A DNA stretch of 63,441 nucleotides, the filler included, from Octopus bimaculoides (lineage: Eukaryota): the NCBI RefSeq assembly GCF_001194135.2. It is 5 parts of 5 records of this genome, joined end to end, with 100 filler letters (N's around TTAATTAATTAA, not from the genome) between each part and the next. Parts side by side here need not be neighbours in the genome. Positions count along the whole stretch, not along the records: positions 1 to 17,084 come from NC_068985.1; 4 more parts are not named here. The stretch is one strand, 5' to 3'. This document shows, piece after piece, positions 1 through 13,526 of this stretch; the stretch's first letter is position 1; every line of letters begins with the position of its first letter. The translations under genes and the position numbers were made by a program. The notes beneath the pieces were generated by a model that saw only the letters and a program-made list of their open reading frames with translations, did not search any database and was not told where the DNA came from.

Positions 1-791
1 TATATATATATATAACGAAAGCGTTCGTCTTAAAAGAGTTCCATTTGATATGTTTCACATACGTGCATACACACACACACACACGCAATTAGATTTATAA
101 AGTCACAGTCAATAACATTCGCCTTTTCATAATAGTAAATTTGTACTCTACAAAAGTATAAGGGACCTATCAGACTCATATAAAGTTGTTTTTATTATAA
201 CCGAACATAAAAAAAACTCCAATCAAGCCGCCCCCAAGCTCGTACACACACAAATACATACATACGTACATACACACATACATACATACATACATACATG
301 CATGCATATATACATACATGCATACATACATACACACACACACATATATATATTATATGTATGCATGCGCGATCGCATATAAAGCATATGTGTAGTAGAT
401 ATATAAATATGAACATCTTTACTATTTGTGTACATTGAAAAAATCGATTTTCGAAGTTTCATAAGAGGTGTGTACTTCATTCTCAACGATGTATTTCTAT
501 ATATACATACAGACGCGTGTACACAGACATTTAGGAAAGTTGGGAAAAAACATATTTCAAAATATGTGATTATATATATATATGTATATATATATATAAG
601 GGATAACTTATTCCGGCGGATAACGTATTGTCTAATATAATGGAATAGATGACGGCTATCCACATACAAAGGAATGTTCAATTGCTACAGTAGAAACATA
701 TGTTGTTCATTGTTAAATATGTCCAAGGAAATTTTTAATACAAAGTTTGGATGTAATAAAATCTCCACACGCATCTTGGTTTTCAATTATA

Positions 792-1875
792 CATTGTGTC
801 TTCCCATAAATAATGCACATTTTTCTATTGCATAAACTAAAAGTTGGAAACTACCTGCATCATCTTGCTCTTAAAACAGGTAGTAATTTTACGTGGTCCT
901 TATTCTTAGTGCAAGGGAAGAAGAGTGCAGTCCAATTTCAACAGTTCATTTTTTAGAAGCTATAATGGAAATGACAAAGGAGCATATTCGGTATATTCTG
1001 CTTTATGAGTTCCATAAACCCCAAAATGCAATGGAAAGTGCGAGGAATATTAATGCAGTAGATGGGGATCGGATAATAAGCGTAAGCCAATGTCAACCTT
1101 TGTTCCAGAAATTCCGAGCCGGAAACTATAGCCAAGAGCTCGACGAGCGCGTCCTGCAAAGCTACATGGAACAAAATACCATCGTAACTGTTGAGCAACT
1201 AGGAGAGAAGCTTGGATTTGGTCATTCAACCATTTATCGACACTTGCATACCATTGGAAGAGCCAGAAAATTGGGTCCGTGGGTTTCTCACAAACTTTCC
1301 GATTCTAATCGTGTACAGTTAGTGAATGTGTGCTCTTTGCTGTAACGTCTCCCAAATTAACTGTTTTTGGGCGGAATAGTGACTGGTGACGATAAATGAG
1401 TTCTCTATAAAAATGCCAAGCGAAGTCAGTGGGTAGGGAAGGGAGAAACACCGGCACTCCAGGATAAATAGGTTTTCCCCCACGTAAGGTGTTGTTATCT
1501 GGATGGTGGGATATGAAATGTTTAGTCAGTTTTGTACTTTTAAATCGAAACCAAAGGATAACAAAAGGAAATCTACAGTAAGCAGCTTGTGCGGCTTAAT
1601 TCAGTGCTAGAAGTAAAACGACCATCTTTAGTTTCAAGGCGTAAGATGTTCTTCCATCAGGATAATTCTTGGCCACCTACAGTGAGGATGACATTCCAAA
1701 GGCAGGAGCCGTTTGAATGGAAAACGATGCCTCACCCAGCATATTCGCCGGATATTGCCCCGTCTGATTATCATTTATTCTGCAATCTTCAATATCATTT
1801 CGATGGAAATATATGAATTCTGTAGACGAGGTCAAAAAAGAATTGGAGGAGTATAGTTCGTCTCTGAATAATGAA
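792..1875 (+). mobile_element. Decayed mariner (DD34D) transposon; 3' end lost next to a PLE
   Basis: HTH-type N-terminus (EHIRYILLYEFHK), WVSHKL (WVPHEL-like), IVTGDDK*, then FFHQDN...YSPDIAPSDYHLF with exactly 34 residues between the 2nd and 3rd Asp. Stops and frameshifts present. TIR-like start after TA at about 792. Confidence 0.9.
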
Positions 1876-1879
1876 TTTT

Positions 1880-3510
1880 GGGAACGAATCCAACTACGTA
1901 ACAAATGTTGATTGCAAAATCAGCAACCTCTACGGGCTTCCGAAAATCCACAAGAGCAAAATGATTACCGAAGCTTGGAAAAAGTCCACTTTAACTTGTA
2001 TCCCTGTACCACACCCAACTGATCTCAAACTGAGACCAATTGTGGCAGGTCCAAACTGTGAAGCGCACAGATTAAGCAACTTTATTGATATACTCTTAAA
2101 ACCAATACTTACACACATACCAAGTAAAGTAAGAGATGACCTGGACCTCCTAAACCACCTCCCCAAACATACAAATAAAGACATTTTCATGGTCTATTTT
2201 GATGTGATAAACCTTTATACTACGATCGCACCTCAATATGGACTGAAAAGGCCTACAAAATACCCTAATATTGTTCCGGAAAGAATAAAAAAAGAATTTA
2301 TCGTCGAGGGCCTTAAGTCTATCCTCCAAAACAACGTTCTAACTTTTAATAACAATACCTACAGACAGGTATTCAAGTTGCCCCAACTTATGCCAATCCG
2401 GTGTTGGCCAACTTAGAATTACAAATCTATGAACAATCCAAATCAAAATACGGCCTGTCTTTCCACAAATACCTATTGGAGAATTGGAAATGCCACTTGG
2501 ATGACTCCCTCATCCTCTGTACTCACACATTCGTCCAACTCGACAGTGCCAACAATCATATCCAGTTTACAATGGAATATAGTCAAGAGGAACTTCCATT
2601 TCTAGATATTCCTATTATAAACAGAAAGCACCAACGTTGAACCTGACATCCACTATAAACCAACTGATTCCAAACAATACCACCTGTTCACCTCCAATCA
2701 CCCAAAGCACAGGAAGACAAACCCCCACTTTAATCTAGCAAGAAGAATCTGTACAAGTGACTCAAATTATAGAACTCGAAATAAAACTCCAAGAACTAAA
2801 GGCAATTCTTCTGGAAAGACAGTACCTAGCATCATTAGTTGATAATGGAATAGAACGGGCCATTCAATCGATATCCACGACTTACGAAAACCGAAACCCA
2901 CTCAAGGTACATTAAATAGTCTTCCATGCCTCTCAACACATAATGCAAGAAATACAGAACCTTACAGAACTATATATAAGAACATCCCACAACTGAGTCA
3001 AGACCAATGTAAAAAAGCACTCGAAACCAATATAGTAATAAAAAACAAGAGATAATCTAAATCCCTAAAAAACTTACTCACCAATGCAAACTTACCCAAA
3101 ACCCACCGTTTAAAAATGTGGTCGATCTAACTGCAAGACTTGCATCCGCCTCATTGAAGGAACAATATACAAATTCCAGTCAAGACACTTTTGTCGTAAA
3201 AACTAACTTCACTTGCGCATCAAAAATATACTTTATGCCATTAGTTATGAAGAGTGACACAAAGACTACATAGGGCAGACTAATCCTACCCTCTGAGACA
3301 GGATGACAGTCCACCGCCAACAATTGAGAGTACCTCACCACAAGACAGATACCACTTAGTGGCCATTTAAATCTCTGTGCACAAAACAAGTCCCCCAAAT
3401 TCCAAGTTTTCCCACTTTACCAATGCCCACACAGCGCCACTGACCAAACACGAATAAATAAGGAAAATATGCTTATTCAAAAATACAGACCACAACTCAA
3501 CATACTCTAA
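1880..3510 (+). mobile_element. Penelope-like element, 5'-truncated, RT plus GIY-YIG, frameshifted
   Basis: LYGLPKIHK...LRPIVAGP, FDVINLYTTI, HLDD, LPFLDI, KPTDSKQY, then FTCASKNILYAI...YIGQT and KYRPQLNIL* ending at 3510. Confidence 0.92.
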
Positions 3511-4925
3511 CATATCCGCCGGTACACATCTACAACAAACACACACAGGAACACGAACGGATGTACAAACACACACACACACACACACACATGCACACAC
3601 ACACACAAACACAATGCAAACCTCATACACAAACACACACATGCATATACACACACGCGTAAACACAATAACCCCACGCTCGAGCACAAACCCACACACA
3701 TTCCAAGAAAAAACACATACATATATACACATGTATTACGATTCTAGCAATCGCAACTAACACTCAGAGACACACACACATACGTAATCATATACATTTA
3801 TACACCTACACACACCACCCTGACAATTGAAAGACACACTCACACAAACACACCCACACATACACAGATGCACACACAAACCCGCAAATACAACACAACT
3901 CACTCCCATTAATACGCACGCATATATGCTCACATACGTACACGCACACACACACACAATATACCCGTTCCCCGGTAAAAAAATTCACGCACACTTAGGG
4001 ACAAAAACACATATATACACACAATAAATCCAGACAAACACAACACTCACAGACACAGGCACATGTACACACACACAATAACACACACCACCTTGACATA
4101 TACAAAACACATAGACACAAACACACCCACACGTATACACACACATTGCACAAACAATACAAATAAAACGCAATAATACACCAAAACATAAACATGCACC
4201 ACACTGAAAAAATGACAGGCACACACATTCACACCTACACACACACACACACTTCGCCACAACAAATATAGCGCACACATATGTGCACACACATCCGAAA
4301 ACTACATAAACCACACCCACACATACACACACCTGCAAACGCATACTCAGTACAAACATGCACAGTACGTACACGCACACACATACACACAACTCAGATA
4401 ACCGTAACACACACGGACACACACAGAATCCCTGACAAATACAAGACACTCACACACACATACATATGCACCCTCACACGCATACGGATGCACACACACA
4501 CGACCCGGTTGCACACACACCACCCGGATGCACACACACACACGCGCCACCCAGACAATTATAACACTACAAACATACACAGACAGAGACAGACGCATAC
4601 TCGCGTACACTCACAAAACACACACAAACATGCACACGAGTACAAACAAACGCACACATACACACACACGAACAAACACATATACACAACACATACACAC
4701 ATGCGCACACACAGCACACTGACAAATTCAAATCACACACATACACACACAAAAAACATGTACACATATACACGCACCACCCTGCTAAATATAAAACACA
4801 CACATAAACAGACCAATATACACTTCATACTGAACTCTAAGACCAGTCAAAAAATCCCACACAGATGCACAAGCACATATAAATACACACACACATAGAA
4901 AGGTGCATAGAGACACATACACTCA
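3510..4925 (+). repeat. Degenerate CA-rich low-complexity array
   Basis: About 1.4 kb of imperfect (CA)n with interspersed words, very G-poor on the + strand. Confidence 0.9.
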
Positions 4926-6039
4926 CACCATCATGAACTCTAAGACCAGTGCAAAATCCACTGAACCATGACAGACTAGCCCAGAATCAAAAAGATCCTT
5001 TTTATTCCACAATGCTCTCCCCCACCAAACAACCTCCAACACTATTTCTAAAAATAACAACCATCCCTTAAACACACATTACAAGACAGGAGATGAAGGA
5101 CGGAAATGTTGGTCATTCCCCTATAATGTTTTATAAATACTTAAATATGATTCTTACTGTATATATGCTTCTATACATTCATGATTTTGGATGAACCTGA
5201 AATAATTATAAATTTATTTTGCTTCCTATTTTGAACACTTTCATGTAAACTGCTTAAACAAAAAGAACCTCTTAACATTTTCTTATCATTGTCAAAGAGT
5301 CCATTTTTAACGTTTTCTAATCATCATCAAAGACTGTATGAGTGTATTTTAATACAAGGATGATAACCATTTTTAAACACAACAAAAGTTATACAAAGCT
5401 TTACATTAATGTTTTTAAAGAAGTGAAATCGGTCAAGTCAGTTAACATCTTTAAAAGACCTCTGCATTTAAAAAAATCCTCTTCCCTATATATATTCACT
5501 CGTTCAGTACCTTGTAAGTGTACATTGTTATATATATATATATNNNNNNNNNNNNNNNNNNNNNNNNNNNNNNNNNNNNNNNNNNNNNNNNNNNNNNNNN
5601 NNNNNNNNNNNNNNNNNNNNNNNNNNNNNNNNNNNNNNNNNNNNNNNNNNNNNNNNNNNNNNNNNNNNNNNNNNNNNNNNNNNNNNNNNNNNNNNNNNNN
5701 NNNNNNNNNNNNNNNNNNNNNNNNNNNNNNNNNNNNNNNNNNNNNNNNNNNNNNNNNNNNNNNNNNNNNNNNNNNNNNNNNNNNNNNNNNNNNNNNNNNN
5801 NNNNNNNNNNNNNNNNNNNNNNNNNNNNNNNNNNNNNNNNNNNNNNNNNNNNNNNNNNNNNNNNNNNNNNNNNNNNNNNNNNNNNNNNNNNNNNNNNNNN
5901 NNNNNNNNNNNNNNNNNNNNNNNNNNNNNNNNNNNNNNNNNNNNNNNNNNNNNNNNNNNNNNNNNNNNNNNNNNNNNNNNNNNNNNNNNNNNNNNNNNNN
6001 NNNATATGCACTAAAGTATTGTACACCTAAATCGACTGA

Positions 6040-7500
6040 GATGCACGAGATGAAACAGAGCCTTGACCTAGTTACAACATTCGCAAAGGATCCAGTGTAA
6101 GAGTTTGGCCAGGATAAATGTTATATGGTCAGGAAAAGGCGGAAAACTGTGAAACAGAATAGTAAACTCTATCAATGATTTGATTGTCACCCCTATATTT
6201 AACGTGGAATGTTACAGGTATCTATTGATGGATGAAAACTTATCATACAATGACACTTTTAACAAAACACCTGTCACTAGAGAATATTAAAACTGAATAA
6301 AATGATTTAGACCTCAGAACTCTCTGCAGTCAATTAAACAGTAGCCCACAATGTGATTGCAGTGCCAGTACTCATACCAACATATAGGCTGCTTTATTGG
6401 ACGTCTCATGAGATCCGAACCATTTATGTAAAAACCCGAAAAATACTAACAAGCACACAATTTCTACATATATAGTGACGCAGGCTGCTTCTACTTAAAA
6501 CGAGTACAAAGCGGCAAAATGCCTTTGAATATCGTATCATATCCCTTCGGCAAACATCTTTTAAACACCAAGTGTGGAAGTGCATCACATAAGCAATTTT
6601 ACATATATGTGGCTGATAACATGATAAGACATGGAAGGCAACACCTTGAGCTATATTTATTGTCTGATAACCTTGAATACATGTCCTAAGATGTTGCATG
6701 ACTCTACCACCACGTATTATCAGATGAAAGGATTAGCATATATGAGCAGAAGACCATGCATGGATATGTTAGTATGAGAGCTCCGAGATGCTCGAAATAT
6801 CGATCATCAAAGCAGTCCCTCATGGTACAAAAGCCGCATTACTACCTCTCAGTTTGAATGGTATGCGTTTGTAATGCAGGAACATGAAATTTTAAACAAA
6901 TACTTGATGCACAGTAGGGATAGAAATGCAGGAAAATGTGACAACCGATGAAGACTTTGTGGAGTTAATACTGAAGATATAACCCACATCATAGGCAGGT
7001 GTCCAAAAATATCATAACAGTATTGTCTACCGATGAGATATGATGTTGTAGCTAGGACACTCTATAACGAAACTGTCAGAAGGATAACACCGAGGACAAA
7101 GAAATAAGAACCGACAATATGATGGAGGACATAGCTACTCATAATAAAAAGGGGTACTAGCAGAATGTCTCAGTGGAAACCTCAATAAAATGTAAGCACA
7201 ACAAACGTTATAATGATTTGGGGTAAGTTGTGGAAATTAGCTGCCCGGATGTTAACGTAAAACTGAAGATCAGAGAAAAAGAGAATACGTACGCTAAACT
7301 ATTGAGAAATATGCAGTTACTGTATCCAGATTACAAGATCAGGTTTATAGTTGTAATTATTGGGGCTATATAAAATACCAATCTTGAGAAATTAGGCTTC
7401 TCAAAACCAGAAGAAGAAAGCTAATTCGAAGACTACATATCCAATCCATCAATAGAATTGTAAAAGTCTGTAAGTTTTTTCAGATGTTTATCATTTAAAT
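6040..7500 (+). mobile_element. R4/Dong-type LINE 3' part (RT thumb, CCHC knuckle, restriction-like endonuclease), decayed
   Basis: RLCGVNTEDITHIIGRCPK...MRYDVVARTLYN; KCKHNK; VVEISCP; REKENTYAKLLRNMQLLYPDYK. Multiple stops and frameshifts. Confidence 0.8.
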
Positions 7501-7589
7501 ATGTATATATGAGCACGTCTAGATATGCATCAAATATGTATGAGAATACATGCATAAAACAAAAACGTACAAATCTGCACATATACATA

Positions 7590-7849
7590 CATACATGCAT
7601 ACATAAATACATATATACATGCATACATACAACAAATACCTTATAGTTGATGTTGAAAATGCTGTGAAGGAGACTTGAATCTAGGTTGCAAACGATACTT
7701 TCTCAATTGGCAAAAGTTTTGAAATAAAACTGAAATAATGACATACATACTTACATACATACGTACATACATAGACATACATACATACAAACATACGTAC
7801 ATACATACATACATACGTACGTACATACATACATACATATATACATACA

Positions 7850-7880
<31 letters not shown>
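7590..7880. repeat. (TACA)n microsatellite
   Basis: Direct observation. Confidence 0.95.
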
Positions 7881-7881
<1 letters not shown>

Positions 7882-8607
7882 CACTGCTGGACAAAATCTT
7901 AAGTCCAATAAAAAAAAACTGTCCAAATGAACTCCTTGACGTCCGATATATTCAACTATTTTTCATTATAGAATCATTGTTGGCAAATAGAATTCAGCAA
8001 AAAAAGAAAAGACCACAACAGGTGGTATATAAAACAAACAGATGTATACGTATAACGCTCGGAATTGAAAAGGTCTTTAAAGCTTCGAGCCTTCGCTCTT
8101 CCACAGAAAGGAACAGAGAAAGAAACATGGTGAGAAACAACCAGAGACAAAAAGGCTGCTTACATCACCGACTCATCCTTAAAGGTCTCCGCCTCAATTT
8201 CCACCCCACTCTCCACTCTGCTACAACCCCAAAAATTAAAAAAATTAGAAAAGNNNNNNNNNNGTAATATTTCTATTGACTTTTAATCTCTTACTCTATA
8301 CCATTTGTTGTTCAAAAGATTCGTTCCTAGAATATTTAGATACACTGAGATTCATTAAAATGTATTTCTATACTTTTCAGTACCCTTAAGATATGTTATT
8401 GCTCCAAAATCAGTTTTACATTGACAGGCGTAACAGACGAAAATAGATGTCTCACTCGAGAAATATGTTTCAACATTTAGACGTCGATTCCAGAAATATC
8501 ATAGATTTATCAATACATATACCCATTTGTAACCATACATACATACATACATATACACATACATATACACATACATATGTATATGCATACGCACACATAT
8601 ATGCATG

Positions 8608-8656
<49 letters not shown>

Positions 8657-10289
8657 GCACACACTGACACCCTCACATACACACACATATATTCTTTATG
8701 TTCTCATAATTTTAGCTGGAATATTATTGAATACATTGCAAGTAAAATAGAAGTTTTTTTTATTCTATTTTAAAAATTTTTTTCGTTGATGGTTCAATAA
8801 ATTTGCAAGTAAAGACCCCAGTCTACGAAGAAAGGATTTTATAAGTCTATACTATAGAGGAAAAGAAAATACAGAAAAGAACTATGTAATAAGATATTCT
8901 ATCGTTCAGAAAAAATTAAAATAAAACAATTTTAATTCTTAAAATAGTTTAGTTTATTATTCTTCAAATTTATCAATGTAGCCAGACGTCGTATGGTTGG
9001 AAGAGATGGATGGGTTTGCCTCTGCTCTTTGAATTACAGAGAATGGAAATATTGAAATCAATGTCTATTCAAAGAATGCATCAATACGTCAGAGATGAAA
9101 ATAATCAAAGAATTGCCACATTGATTAAAGTTGTGTTCTATGTAAAATACTCTGATTACCAAATATCAAAATACAGCCAGATACTATTTGTCTGATGAAT
9201 TTATCAAGAGGAATTAAACAAATAACAAATGAAAAACAGGGAAAATAAAGAGAAAGATGAAGTGAGAGAAAGCAAAACAGAGAGATAAAGAATGACGAGG
9301 AACATTTTCCAAAATATGATTAAGTTACTGGACATTTTTCAGTTTTTCGTTTTTCTTTTTTTCTTTTATATTTGATACGTTTTTCAAAAAGTCATTGTGA
9401 TGTTAGAAGATAGAAATATATAATTCCTAATGGTTAATATGCTTTTCCAAACGGCTTCATATAATTCTTTGCAAAATATTCAGAGATATTATATCGAATA
9501 CTATAGTTGAGAAGATAGAAACGTAAAACGTAACACACAATTCAGCTGCCATTGCTACTGAACACTGCTTCAGTTGTTATATTTTATTATTGTTTTTTTT
9601 CTTCTTTTTTCATCTATTACATGCTATAAGAGGTTGCAGGGCAACGGCCTTGAGGTGACACCAAATCTTCTCAAAAAATAAGAATCTCCTGAAGATCGAT
9701 AATATGAGCTTCAAATATAAAATAACCAAGCGTTGAAGCTTGTTCCAAGTTTTAAAGAATATTCAGCACAGTTAAACTTCCTTAATCTCTTCATTTCTTT
9801 GGCTAGTTCCTAACATTTATCAATTTTCTCACTTTTTTTCTAACTACTTCATTATTGTATGGTATTGCATTCTGTAGTTGTTGTTGTTATAGTTATCATA
9901 TCATTATCACCATTATTATTATGGGAGAGGCCAACACATGCTATCATGCATAGTGACGATGGACTACAAGTATACGAAGTGCAATATGTCTATTATGAGT
10001 ATTCATCAGCGAAGCGTACACCACGCACATGTATCACAACTATATGTGTACGAAATGTTGACCTCATATGAAGATAAACACCCTTGTAGGTGGGACCCAG
10101 TTACAATTTTCATGTCGAGTAGCCCATTCCGCTCAAAATGGTCCTGAATAACTGTTGTTAAACGAAATACCCGTTTCCAAAGATGAAATATTCATATTCC
10201 AAAGAATGCATGTAGATGATAACACTTCCAATCAGAAAAGATCAAAATCCATGAGAGCCGCTGCCTGTCACTGCATATTATGATTATTG

Positions 10290-10720
10290 TTATTATTTCT
10301 CTTTATCACAAGTTTTCTTGGAGCTCCTGGAATCATGCATGCATAGCGGGCTTACTACCTGCAGCCTACGGTACCATGCAATACGTTCTTTTCAGCTATC
10401 TAATATTTTCCTGATTATTCTGGTCGTGTCAAAAAGGCAAACCTTTTGTAACAGTTCTACTGGGCTCTCTATTCCAATTTATATTCTCCTTGATGCTTTC
10501 TGATACTGTTCCCAAGGACCCAACAATAATTGGCACTATCTTCACATTGTTCATTTTCCATAGCCGAGCTATTTCATATTTAAGAGGGTTCTATTTATCT
10601 ATCTTTTCGCATTCCTCCTTGACTGTTCATGGGTCCAAGGGGCATGCGACATCAACTATATATCATATCTGGTGAACCTTGTCCACCACTACTGGATCCA
10701 ATTTTGCTAGCCTCCAACTC
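10290..10720 (-). mobile_element. R4/Dong-type LINE endonuclease/C-terminal fragment
   Basis: Minus strand reads VDVACPLD...LKYEIARLWKMNNVKIVPIIVGSLGTVS...LLQKVCL...RIIRKILDS*. Confidence 0.75.
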
Positions 10721-10789
10721 TGCCACTCTCTGCCTCCAGAAAACTTAACTTTTGTGTCCAAAAATTCAACGCTAATTTAAAAAAAAAAC

Positions 10790-11900
10790 TAGATGTAAAT
10801 TTTTATGTTGGACTTAAAGCCATAGTTTGTAGCATAACAATCATAGAAATGCAAGAAGTCGATTAAACTATCCTGTGATCGATTCCAGACAAAAAAGACG
10901 TTATCAATGAAACGTAAGCAGAGTATTAGTTCATGACCACGTAGGGATTTGTATGTCTTCAGTAACTGTGTCTCGAATTTCATATGAAGTCATTTGCGAA
11001 ATTAACTGCCATGGGTGTACCAATGGCTCAACCCCTCTCGTGGTAAATTTTTTGTCCAAACTTCATTTTGTTACTTTGTAATACAAACTTCAATAACCTA
11101 CAGAGAAAATTTGAAAGAATATGTTTCTGACCGCTTTTCGAAGGCATCCATGCATGCTTGAACCTCTTCATCGCGTTCAATATTCGGATATAAGGAAGAA
11201 ACATCTATTGTTACCAAAATACAGTATTCGACATGGATTCATTACTTTAAAATGTTGATTTTAGACACAATATCAAAAGTATCCTGAATATAGTAAGTTG
11301 ATCTTTTTGCGACAGAGAGTTGAAAGCCATCTAGCCATTTCGAAATCTTGGCTGTACAACATTCATATCCACACCAAATTGGGTGCATTGGAGGAAATCT
11401 ATCGAACTTTTTGTGTATTTTAGGAAGACCATAACGTACAGATTTTCTTCTTTCTCACCGTAAAATCCTCTATTTGGTCTTAATAATGAAATGCTTTTCC
11501 TTCATTTCCAGAATTATTTTGTCAAGTTTCTCTCTGTAATTGGAGTTTGGATCGACAGGCAATTATTCATGTAAAGTGTTGTCACTTAAAACTTCTGCAT
11601 AAGCAGAAATATATTCACCTTTCTTCATAATTACGATAGCTCTTACCTTTTCCGCCATTTTAATAACAATAGACTCGGCATTAGCTAGACGTCGGTGTGC
11701 GTAACGTTGGGAATTTGTGAGGTTATTCCAAGACTTCTTTCCACTTGTTTTAAGGCTTTCCCTAATGCCTGTCTGACAAGATTCAAGAAATTCCAATAGT
11801 GCTTATCAACGTCCGTCCCGAACTTTATATGGATACCAATTGGGATTCTTTTCAATCCAATTATGCCAGATTCTATCATCATTTTGTATATCATCATGTC
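10790..11900 (-). mobile_element. Penelope-like element RT region, decayed
   Basis: NLTNSQRYAHRRLANAESIVIKMAEKVRAIVIM (ADKG-region homology), YGLPKIHKK, IDVSSLYPNI, LRFIDNVFFVW. Confidence 0.85.
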
Positions 11901-12149
11901 AAATGCGGTTACAGTGTATCACGATTAAAGGAAATGGCAAATGAAATAGCTAAGAGGAGAAATATGTTTGCGGGTTATTTACATCACGCCTTGGAAGAAT
12001 AAATAAAATAAAACGACAGGAGATATCAATAAATTTACACAAAACTGTTTGATTAAATATTTTTCTTTTTTCTTTTCTATTTTTTTCCTGCATTTTTCTT
12101 TTCCTCTGTCATAAAACTGAAACTCAAAAACTGATGATGTCATTCTACG

Positions 12150-12560
12150 AACTTGTGGAGGCTGGTTGCTCACATTCAGACTTTAGATCTGAATTTCTAT
12201 AATTTTGAATTTGTATCACATTCATTTCTACTCCAGTTAAGTATCCCTTCCTCCAAATCACTCTCACCTGGTTTATTAGTTTATTTTCTGACATTAGACA
12301 CATGTCCTTTTCCATCCAAAATTTCAAGGTACGTCGACCTACTCCACGTCTTCTTTCAAATGTTGCTCTTTCATGACATTCAATAAGTGTGTCGTACTCT
12401 TCCTTCGATTGCTTACTTCTGTTTTTGCGCAGACCGTGTATGTGAATTATTGTAACATAACCACCATCCGAAGCCAGATCAGTTTCCCTGATGGCATGCG
12501 GTTTCAGACGTGCCACGTGGGAAACCTTCACCATGATCGGCTATAGCTTCATTCTCACCG
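12150..12560 (-). mobile_element. R4/Dong-type LINE N-terminal fragment
   Basis: LIECHERATFERRRGVGRRTLKFWMEKDMCLMSENKLINQVRVIWRKGYL resembles the Dong-type N-terminal domain and the 62.5-63 kb fragment. Confidence 0.55.
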
Positions 12561-12837
12561 TCAATTATTTCCTTGTGTTGTATCATTATTTTGTGAGTTG
12601 TTCGTGGGGTTGCCACGAGAGTTGTTATTGAGGTCCCATATTTCTCTTCCTCTCTGTATTGGTATATACACCTGCACATCTATGTACATACACACATATA
12701 TATATAAATAACGTGCTTGCATTGTGTCACCTCCATAACCACAGTGATTATCATTACCATCATCGTTCCGCCTGTAGCATTTTAAATTATCATTAATAAT
12801 ATTGGTGCCGTATATTGCAAGCAGATCTTCGTCACGT

Positions 12838-13010
12838 TATATTATTAGTATTATTATTATTATTGTTATTATTATTATTATTATTGTTGTTGTTGTTGCT
12901 GTTCTTCTTCTTCTTCTTCTTCTTCTTCTTCTTCTTCTTCTTCTTCTTCTTCTTCTTCTTCTTCTTCTTTTTCTTCTTCTTCTTCTTATTATTTTTATTA
13001 TTTTACTATG
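12838..13010. repeat. Compound (ATT)n-(GTT)n-(CTT)n microsatellite
   Basis: Direct observation. Confidence 0.95.
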
Positions 13011-13049
13011 ACTTTTACTCTGCATCATTGATACAGTCACTTTCCGAGA

Positions 13050-13462
13050 CACACCCAGCTTCCCGGGGCGAGTGGAGGATAAGAGATGTTACAATATGAC
13101 TGAAAGCTTCGGGAGGTGAGATAGGTCATGTAATACAAGATAGACATTAAAATGGATAGGGTTTCTCTATGTATGTGGGCAGTAAATCTCAGCACAATCT
13201 TTGGGATTTCTCTGAGACATGCTTCTTCTGGGACCTTATCTAGATGTTTCTGACATCCCTTTTTTTTTTATCATACCTGGGGCACCTACAATAACAGGAA
13301 CAGTTCTTGTTTTAAAAGCCACATGTTTTCTATTTCAATTTTCAGTTCCTTGTATTTACTTAGTTTGTCAAGTTCCTTTACACATATATTTTTATCAGTG
13401 GGGACACTTACTTCTATTAGTGTGCAAGTATTTTCTTCCCTGTCTTTAATAATTATGTCTGC
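13050..13462 (-). mobile_element. 5'-truncated R4/Dong-type LINE (endonuclease plus 3' UTR) between TAA-type arrays
   Basis: DIIIKDREENTCTLIEVSVPTDKNICVKELDKLSKYKELKIEIENMWLLKTRTVPVIVGAPG on the minus strand. Confidence 0.88.
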
Positions 13463-13464
13463 TC

Positions 13465-13523
<59 letters not shown>
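13465..13523. repeat. (TTA)n microsatellite
   Basis: Direct observation. Confidence 0.95.
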
Positions 13524-13526
<3 letters not shown>

